Virus record (IMG/VR): IMGVR_UViG_3300028844_001876
Location: 1 to 24,550 of that record
Source of the DNA: a virus
Lineage: Duplodnaviria; Caudoviricetes
Length of the DNA stretch: 24,550 bases
Strand: one strand, 5' to 3'
In this document: positions 17,930 to 24,550 of the stretch, piece after piece
Layout: every line of letters starts with the position of its first letter
Numbering within the stretch: the first letter of the stretch is position 1
Translations under genes and position numbers: made by a program
Notes under the pieces: model-generated
Told to the model about the DNA's origin: nothing
What the model saw: the letters and a program-made list of their open reading frames with translations, nothing else
The model's database searches: none

Positions 17930-20284
17930 TTAGCTAACTCTAATTATTTTCCAAAGATCGCCGTCAGGAATTACTTTATATACTCTATTTGGAAAGAATT
18001 TTCCATTTAAAGTTCTTTTTATTCCGTATTCAGCAATTTCTTTTGATCCATAAGGTCTTGCTAGATACTGATCTTCTTGTATTTGTTTGCTTTCTTCCGC
18101 AGAACTTGTCTCCGGTTGTTCCGTTTCTGTCGTAGCTGGCGTAACAGGTTCTGGCGTAACAGGTTCTGGCGTAACAGGTTCTGATTCTTCTTCAGGTTGA
18201 GGTACTTCTACTAAGTCTTTATTACTCAGAATTTCAAAATTATAGTATGTATCAACTTTCATATTAAAAAATGCGGTGTAGTCCTCTGGTATTGCTGGAG
18301 TATTTACAACAATTTGCGAGTGTACTTTGTCAGAATTTGGATCTACAGTATCATAGTATAATGATAATTTATCGTAATGTGCATTATCTTTTAGATACAC
18401 AGCCAAATCGTATGTTTTTTCATTATCTATTTCTCCTTTAGTATTTCTCAATTCATACGTTATTGATCTTCCGACCCTAGCCAAATCTTTTGTTGTGTCA
18501 GTTGCAGGAACAGCTTCATTAGGACCTAAGACGTAAATACCTTCAGCAACGTTTAGATTATATCCATCAAATTCATCTAGAATATAAAATAAATCTATGA
18601 TCATAGCATGAGGAAAAAGATTTCTGAATATAGGTTTTAATCCAGCTTGATCAGCAACATACTTTAGATTAGTACCATCAGCTGGTGCAGCAACAAATTT
18701 TGCCAAGCTTGATCGTTTTGTTAATTTCGTATTCATTTTAAATAAAGTTTGTGTAGCCGCATTAAATTGTCGTTCTGGTAATATAGTTGATGGTTTGGAT
18801 TTAGTTGAAGATTCTGAAGCAACAAAAGATTTAGATTTGGATTCTGCTGGATTATCTCCTATAACTTTTGTACCAGTTATCTCAGTTCTTTTTTCGCTTC
18901 TAAGTCTACCTACCTTTTCTGGAGAAGTTTCTTTAAATTTAGAACTTAAAACACCTCTTGAAATAGCATCTGAAGTAAAAGTATTGTTACTTAAATTACT
19001 TAGATTTTTTAGTTTGGATCTCATTCCAGCTATGGACAATTCTGTTTTTGAAACACCTGAAGTATTCACAGATTGATTGATAGAATTTTTGATGCCCTCA
19101 TCTTTGTCAATAACAACTTTTCTAATACCAAGATTTGATTTGTTTAATATTTCAGTAACTAGTGACGCATTAGGTCTTTGACCACCATCTGCAAATGGAT
19201 TATTACCATCAGCGCCTATTGGTGAGATTGTTCCAGGATCTGATATAGGTACAGTTGGTGTGCCTGGGCCACCTTTTGCGAGGGCAAAATTTGCTTTGTC
19301 AGCTAAGTTTGCACCTGTAGCTTGCCCAAATAAGTTTCCTTTAAACACTGGTGCATGTATTCGTGTTTCAGCTTTAATATCGGCATTGCTATGAATTGTT
19401 GTGGTTGCAAATAATGATTTACAATGCATAAACATATCATCAGCACCAATAGTACCTTTACCACCTATAACAGATAAATCATCGGCAAAAATATTTGTGT
19501 TCTTTGATGAAAAATCACTGCCAGTTTCAGACGTAAATTTAGAAACGCCTTTATGAAAATAATTGCCAATGCCTTCTACACGATTCGTAAAAGAACCCTT
19601 GACATTAGATACAAAATCTGATAAGTATGTGTTATTGACTAACCCCAATACAGTAGTCGAAAAAGAACCCTGTACGATCTGCTCAAAAATACCAGCAATA
19701 TAGTTTCTAGATGATCCTTCAATATTAACTTTTTGATCACCTGATACGTTTACATTATAATCGCCTTTTACATCTAAATTGTAATCTCCAGTAACAGTCA
19801 TATTCATATTTCCAGTATAATGAACGGTACCATCACCTTCAACAGTCATTTGATAATTACCACCAACAACTTCAATTCTGTTTCCTATGCCTTTGCCGGT
19901 TGCAATAAGAATTGTGCCATCTGGCAACATGTCAATGCCGCCACCTTTATTGTGTTTTAACAAAACTCTTTCATTTCCTGGAGTATCATTTACTTCATGT
20001 ATGTGCCCAGAAGAAGATTCATCTACCTGATTGAGTGGATAAAAAGAAGATGTTATAGGTGAATATTCTAAAGGAGTGCCAGCTATAGCATTGTGAACAC
20101 TTAAATTATTAATAGCACTTCCTCTAGCAGATTTATTAATAGAAGATTCGCCAGAATAGTTCTTTTTTGGATACTCATTATTAGGATCAGAAAATCCTTT
20201 TGGTGGTGTGCCTTCTGATACCGTAGTAGCTTGACCGAATAGTCCCGCTCTTTGTGAAATATCGTCTAGATCATCTTCTGCCAT
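17930..20284 (-). CDS. gp5 C-terminal half (baseplate spike beta-helix) with long C-terminal extension
   Basis: GFSDPNNEYP, YPLNQVDESSSGHIHEVNDTPGNERVLLKH, then 8-residue VxGxxxxx beta-helix repeats (VGGNYQMT VEGDGTVH YTGNMNMT VTGDYNLD VKGDYNVN VSGDQKVN IEGSSRNY); no OB-fold at the N-terminus. Confidence 0.8.
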   Translation of the reverse strand: MAEDDLDDISQRAGLFGQATTVSEGTPPKGFSDPNNEYPKKNYSGESSINKSARGSAINNLSVHNAIAGTPLEYSPITSSFYPLNQVDESSSGHIHEVNDTPGNERVLLKHNKGGGIDMLPDGTILIATGKGIGNRIEVVGGNYQMTVEGDGTVHYTGNMNMTVTGDYNLDVKGDYNVNVSGDQKVNIEGSSRNYIAGIFEQIVQGSFSTTVLGLVNNTYLSDFVSNVKGSFTNRVEGIGNYFHKGVSKFTSETGSDFSSKNTNIFADDLSVIGGKGTIGADDMFMHCKSLFATTTIHSNADIKAETRIHAPVFKGNLFGQATGANLADKANFALAKGGPGTPTVPISDPGTISPIGADGNNPFADGGQRPNASLVTEILNKSNLGIRKVVIDKDEGIKNSINQSVNTSGVSKTELSIAGMRSKLKNLSNLSNNTFTSDAISRGVLSSKFKETSPEKVGRLRSEKRTEITGTKVIGDNPAESKSKSFVASESSTKSKPSTILPERQFNAATQTLFKMNTKLTKRSSLAKFVAAPADGTNLKYVADQAGLKPIFRNLFPHAMIIDLFYILDEFDGYNLNVAEGIYVLGPNEAVPATDTTKDLARVGRSITYELRNTKGEIDNEKTYDLAVYLKDNAHYDKLSLYYDTVDPNSDKVHSQIVVNTPAIPEDYTAFFNMKVDTYYNFEILSNKDLVEVPQPEEESEPVTPEPVTPEPVTPATTETEQPETSSAEESKQIQEDQYLARPYGSKEIAEYGIKRTLNGKFFPNRVYKVIPDGDLWKIIRVS
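18136..18183. repeat. Exact 15-bp tandem repeat x3 encoding (EPVTP)3 linker
   Basis: CTGGCGTAACAGGTT three times plus CTG, with no mismatches. Confidence 0.95.
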
Positions 20285-20305
20285 ATTTTATTTCCTTTAT
20301 ACTTA

Positions 20306-22231
20306 TCAACTGAAGAAAGAATCTTCAACCCATCGATATGTGCTGTATATCTTTTTTGATCCTGATGGATGTGCGTATCCTGAAGAAAATTTATTTTCTT
20401 TTAAATTAAGATTGTGTACTCTTTTTGTATCTGGACCATGTCTACCAAATGCTGGATTATTTTTTGGATCGTCAATATAAGCTGGTGCATAATATGAACC
20501 GTCTTGCTTATTTGATAAACCTTGCCCACCCCACACTTGCATTCTGACTGGTTCATAATCTTTAGGATCTATTGTACTTCTTAAACCAGGAAACTTTTTA
20601 TTATTAGCTATTGCAGTTTCGTGTTTATCTTTGTCATAGAATGTTATTATAGTTCCTACAGGATGATCTCCCGCACCTACATCATGATATAATGTTGGTA
20701 AATCAGTATAAACTTTACCTACTGTACTTGCTGCTGGAGTTGTGGGTTCTTCGCTTTTTATTGCTGTAAATTTACCATTCTTTTTACCAAACTTATTTAA
20801 AACATAACTCTCACAATCAAATCCTGGATCAGTTTTTTGTGGATCTATGTCAGTATGACCTCGAACTTCACCACCAGGATAAACTTGATAAAACGCTTCA
20901 ATAAAAGTACCGAACGTTTTCCATTGAGCAGGCGTAAAAGACTCAGCACTCATAAAACGATCTGGATTCTTAGTGCCTGAAGTGCAGTTATAACCTCCTA
21001 CAAAACTAATTCCTACAGTAGATTCATTACGATTTTTAGTATGTTTGCCAACTTTATTTATTGGTCTACCTCTTTGTAAATTTCCGTTTCTTTTAATTAC
21101 ATAATGATATCCAATTCCATTCCAACCTTTTTCTGTATGCCATCTATGAATATCTTCAGCACCAATATTACCTTGGTCTATATAGTTTCCAGTCCAATGA
21201 ACAACAATTTCGTCTATTTTACGATCAGGTTCTCTAAAGTCTGATATTAGTTCTTCTTCACTCGACACATAAGTAAACTTATAATCATTGGCAGTTTTTT
21301 CATTTCTCCAATTATTTCCTATAGTAGAATTGTTTATCTTTTGCGTACTTCTAGCACCCATATTTGGAACATCATTTTGCTGACTATTAATTATATTAGA
21401 AAGTGAAGGATCAATTTTATATATTGCACTTTGCAGAGCACCGAGATTATCTAAAGGAAACGCTTCTACTACTTTATTTGTTATAAGATTTGTTATAATA
21501 TCTCTAGGTTCATCATCTAGTATACTCTGAATTACAGTTGTTGTTTCCGCTCTTGAAAGTAAGCCTTTGGACAGTTGTGTTACTTCATTTTCAAAAACAT
21601 TTGTTGTATTAGTTATTACTCTATTGAGAACACCACCCTTAAAACTACCTAAAGCAGCTTCAATATTTGTATCCAATGCACCTAAACTATTTTCAAAGTC
21701 TTTAGCGATGGATGTAAGTGGATTACTTGTGATGCTAGAAAACCCCGAACTAACTAAGTCTGAAATAATAGAAGTGTTTATTGTCGGAATTAAATTCTCT
21801 AGTGTTGCTGCAGATGCAGCTATACCTAAAACACCTTGTGCATTTGCTTGTATTGAGGCAATCGCAGGAGATGTTATTATCTCATTTAAATTTGATGCCG
21901 CAGCATCCGCTAGTCCGGTAAAAGTATTAAGTCTGCCTGTAAATGCTGGTGCAATTTCTGTTTTTAACTTTTCAAAGCCAGGCAGTTCTTCTGTAATTCT
22001 AGCAACACCCCTGTTTCTTATTAATTTGGTATCTACAAATCCATCAACTTCTTGGATTAAACATTCAACACCATTTACTTTATCAAGAGTGTTTCCTAAA
22101 ATACTTGAACTTGCAATAGATATCTTTTCACATTGAGTTGAAAGTTGATCTGCATATTTTGATATGTTGGTCTTTGCCTTAACACTTCTAGTCATGTTTG
22201 CCAATTGACCTATACTAATTGTATTTTTCAT
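20306..22231 (-). CDS. Virion-associated N-acetylmuramoyl-L-alanine amidase (Amidase_2 / T7-lysozyme-like domain) with long N-terminal helical region
   Basis: aa ~337-480: IVVHWT...IHRWH...GWNGIGYHYVIKRNGNLQRGRP...VGISFVGG...VRGHTDIDPQKTDPGF; putative Zn ligands H345, H459, D468. Lies between the two gp5 halves. Confidence 0.85.
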   Translation of the reverse strand: MKNTISIGQLANMTRSVKAKTNISKYADQLSTQCEKISIASSSILGNTLDKVNGVECLIQEVDGFVDTKLIRNRGVARITEELPGFEKLKTEIAPAFTGRLNTFTGLADAAASNLNEIITSPAIASIQANAQGVLGIAASAATLENLIPTINTSIISDLVSSGFSSITSNPLTSIAKDFENSLGALDTNIEAALGSFKGGVLNRVITNTTNVFENEVTQLSKGLLSRAETTTVIQSILDDEPRDIITNLITNKVVEAFPLDNLGALQSAIYKIDPSLSNIINSQQNDVPNMGARSTQKINNSTIGNNWRNEKTANDYKFTYVSSEEELISDFREPDRKIDEIVVHWTGNYIDQGNIGAEDIHRWHTEKGWNGIGYHYVIKRNGNLQRGRPINKVGKHTKNRNESTVGISFVGGYNCTSGTKNPDRFMSAESFTPAQWKTFGTFIEAFYQVYPGGEVRGHTDIDPQKTDPGFDCESYVLNKFGKKNGKFTAIKSEEPTTPAASTVGKVYTDLPTLYHDVGAGDHPVGTIITFYDKDKHETAIANNKKFPGLRSTIDPKDYEPVRMQVWGGQGLSNKQDGSYYAPAYIDDPKNNPAFGRHGPDTKRVHNLNLKENKFSSGYAHPSGSKKIYSTYRWVEDSFFS

Positions 22232-23523
22232 GTAGTATACCTTTCAATTGCAGCTTGTGTTAAGTTTAATCTAGCTTCTTTATCTTCTGTCGTTTTTTTA
22301 AGATAATGTCTCTTTACAGCTTCACTAGCAGTACTCATAGTTTTTGCTTCTTTAATCTTGCCTATAGATGCGATATTAGTTTCAAATTCATACATTGAAA
22401 ATCTTAGCTGACCAGCTAAACTTGAATACGATAGCCTTCTACTGTTAGAATATTCAACTAAATTTTGTTTTCTAGCACCTGTCCAACCAGCTAATCCGTA
22501 TGGAACGTCTTGAGGTTCTTCTAGTTCTCTATTTTCAACTGGAGTTGGCTGTGTACCTCTACCAGATAAAAACATTTGAGATTCTTGTTGCCGTCTAGCT
22601 ACAAGACCAGGAAGTGTTTTACCACCAGCTTTGTTGTATAATAACATTTTATTTGCTATAGTGTTATCATCTCTCCTGCTTCCATTGGCTGTCAAATTAT
22701 CTAACTGACCCGGACCTAAATTATATGAAAATGATGCTAAAGCATCCACTTGTCTTGGTGACCAATTATATCTATATTTTTCTTTTCTAGCATTAACATA
22801 TCCCAAATGTTTCGATAGTTCTCTTTGTAGCCGTCTTTCGGCTTCAGCCTCACTTATTACTTCAGTTGAACTTAATGCTTTGGTGCCATAACCATTAGAA
22901 AATTGTTTATAATCGTCAAATGCCTTAGCATGAAATCCTTCTTTACTTTTTATAAAATCTACCAAAGATGAACTTGTATTTGAAACTCCTTGATTGTATC
23001 CGTTTCTACCTGATGTTATATCAGGCTCTAATCCAGATTCAATAGCAAAATTACCTACGAATGCTGCAGCTTGTTGTGGAGAAAATCCTTGTTGTTGATA
23101 AAATTTGAATATCTTTTCACCATTACTATTTCCTAGTATATCATCATCTACTGTTATATTTGAAATATCTGCTCCAGGAAAATATTCATCTGTTCTATCT
23201 GATGAACCTGATCCTTGCTCAACTGTAGGAAGTGAACCTATGATGATAGGTATCTGTGATGCTTTACCATCTGCAAAAAATCCCACAACTTGAGATTTAT
23301 TTTTTAGTTTAGGCATCTTACCTTCACCAGATATTCCAGGTTCTGTAGATGGCAACATGGGTTGTGCCCAGGGCAAATCTCTTAAAGGTATATCACCTGG
23401 ATTTTCAGAGTGAACTCCACGAATTCTAACTTGAACTCTACCAAGTTTTAGTGGATCACTAGAATTATTTTCGACAATACCTACAAACCATCGAAAGGCA
23501 TCACCATAATAATCAATACTCAT
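22228..23523 (-). CDS. gp5: gp5 N-terminal half: OB-fold plus tail-lysozyme (Phage_lysozyme2-like) domain interrupted by a GH24 lysozyme domain
   Basis: aa 1-100: WFVGIVEN..DPLKLGRVQVRIRGVH...DLPWAQ...VVGFFADG..SQIPIIIGSLP (gp5 OB). aa ~184-320: FIKSKEGF...D...GYG...QVDALASFSYNLG...YNKAGGKTLPGLVARRQQE (GH24). Flanks GFSPQQAAAFVGNFAIESGL and YGLAGWTGARK...LAGQLRF. Confidence 0.88.
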   Translation of the reverse strand: MSIDYYGDAFRWFVGIVENNSSDPLKLGRVQVRIRGVHSENPGDIPLRDLPWAQPMLPSTEPGISGEGKMPKLKNKSQVVGFFADGKASQIPIIIGSLPTVEQGSGSSDRTDEYFPGADISNITVDDDILGNSNGEKIFKFYQQQGFSPQQAAAFVGNFAIESGLEPDITSGRNGYNQGVSNTSSSLVDFIKSKEGFHAKAFDDYKQFSNGYGTKALSSTEVISEAEAERRLQRELSKHLGYVNARKEKYRYNWSPRQVDALASFSYNLGPGQLDNLTANGSRRDDNTIANKMLLYNKAGGKTLPGLVARRQQESQMFLSGRGTQPTPVENRELEEPQDVPYGLAGWTGARKQNLVEYSNSRRLSYSSLAGQLRFSMYEFETNIASIGKIKEAKTMSTASEAVKRHYLKKTTEDKEARLNLTQAAIERYTT

Positions 23524-24550
23524 CCTGCCTCTGGCTCCTCTTGATTAGTGAGTTTTGTACATGACACGGCTGCATGATAAGCTTTGCCTGAAAAATGGTG
23601 TCGTACAGCATATATCATATATTCACCACTTTTTCTATTATCTCTTGAAACTTTATTATTTTCGGGTAGATTGACTAAAAATTTTATGTTAATAAGATTT
23701 CCAATACTAACGTTTTTTGAATCACTTATGAAATTTCTGCCTGGTACTGTGATGTTCATTGAAGATTTATGTAAGAAATGCCTCAAAGCTAGAGATTTTA
23801 CTTTATTCATATGAGATGATATATCAGGTGCTTCATAGTAGTTAGCAGAACCATCAGTATAAAGGTTAGTTGTAGATAACATACTTATTTCTTTTGTATC
23901 ATAATTCATCATAGTTTTACCATCTATCAAAGTTGTATTATCTAAAATCTCTTGACTCTGATTAGTCTTAAAGGCATTTCTATTTTTTAAACCTTGAAAA
24001 ACCTGATTTACATCAAACGTCTGTTTTTCAAAAGTTCCTTTAGTATGATCTAAAAAATTATAGGTTGCTGAAACAAGCCCCTGTGACGCTAATTCAATCT
24101 GATTTTCTTTACCTTTCATTTTATATGAAACGATATTATATGAATTTTTTATAATATCATGTGGTGTTGTATTCTTTGCAGCTACATCAGAATAAAGATA
24201 AGGATACACTGGATTCAAAGCTTTACCTGATATTATAGTTTCTAAATCAATAAATCTTAGTTTATCGTCTGCTACACAAGAGAAAAGAAAATACGGCATT
24301 CCTTCAATAGTTGTTGCTCTGGTTCTGATCCAAGTTGCAGCTTCAATAGGAGTTAAATTCGGAATAATAACTTTTATAGGAGTATTTGCTTCATTTGCTT
24401 TTCCTAAAGAAACTACTTCGGCATTTAAATAGTCTTTCATTATTCTTTCTATAATGATATTAGGAGTGTCCGTGTATGATTTAGATACTCTGGTAAGTCT
24501 TGATTTGTATCCTTTTTCTTCCATCAATTGAAGTAAAATGACCTCATGAT
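23520..24550 (-). CDS. Baseplate hub protein, gp27-like; partial, starts beyond the right edge
   Basis: The frame stays open upstream of the track start (a TTG at 24527) to the window edge (...HEVILLQLMEEKG). Motifs RVSKSY, VIIPNLTPIEAATWI, ITVPG...IGNLINI, SGEYMIYAVRH; immediately upstream of gp5. Confidence 0.65.
   Translation of the reverse strand, partial: HEVILLQLMEEKGYKSRLTRVSKSYTDTPNIIIERIMKDYLNAEVVSLGKANEANTPIKVIIPNLTPIEAATWIRTRATTIEGMPYFLFSCVADDKLRFIDLETIISGKALNPVYPYLYSDVAAKNTTPHDIIKNSYNIVSYKMKGKENQIELASQGLVSATYNFLDHTKGTFEKQTFDVNQVFQGLKNRNAFKTNQSQEILDNTTLIDGKTMMNYDTKEISMLSTTNLYTDGSANYYEAPDISSHMNKVKSLALRHFLHKSSMNITVPGRNFISDSKNVSIGNLINIKFLVNLPENNKVSRDNRKSGEYMIYAVRHHFSGKAYHAAVSCTKLTNQEEPEAG

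Noticed and set aside
822-23814. All plus-strand ORFs in the track (e.g. 822-1019, 4132-4500, 7025-7243, 9501-9807, 12044-12521, 18795-19076, 21567-22136, 23584-23814)
   Set aside because: They lie antisense to long, motif-bearing minus-strand genes, many are in-register codon shadows, and none shows a recognisable domain.
24525-24527. Track start codon of the 335-aa ORF
   Set aside because: It is a TTG in a frame that stays open to the window edge; the real start is probably outside the window.
1-24550. tRNA, rRNA, CRISPR array, integrase or transposase
   Set aside because: Intergenic gaps are tiny (largest 105 bp), and no cloverleaf, spaced direct repeats or recombinase motifs were seen by eye.

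Overview
AT-rich fragment of a T4-like myovirus genome, most like marine cyanophage/pelagiphage-type phages. All credible genes are on the minus strand. Read right to left, 24550-6238 is a late baseplate/tail module: partial gp27-like hub, a gp5 split over separate genes (OB-fold plus nested lysozymes; an intervening amidase gene; beta-helix spike), gp25, gp6, a short gp7, gp8, a VrlC/DUF4815-like structural protein, a small coiled-coil protein and a fibre with a C-terminal chaperone-like domain. After a 105-bp gap carrying two back-to-back consensus sigma70 promoters, 6132-1 is a tightly coupled operon. It encodes a JmjC-type 2OG-Fe(II) oxygenase, two radical SAM/SPASM enzymes, two unknown proteins, a cobalamin-binding radical SAM enzyme (missed by the ORF track, runs off the left edge) and a 292-aa virion-like protein ending in CHNS-CHSS-CHGS-RGRR. 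The best reading, which is inference, is a phage-encoded RiPP-like post-translational modification system acting on the (CHxS)3 tail of a probable tail-associated protein. All family calls come from motif recognition only; no database searches were run.
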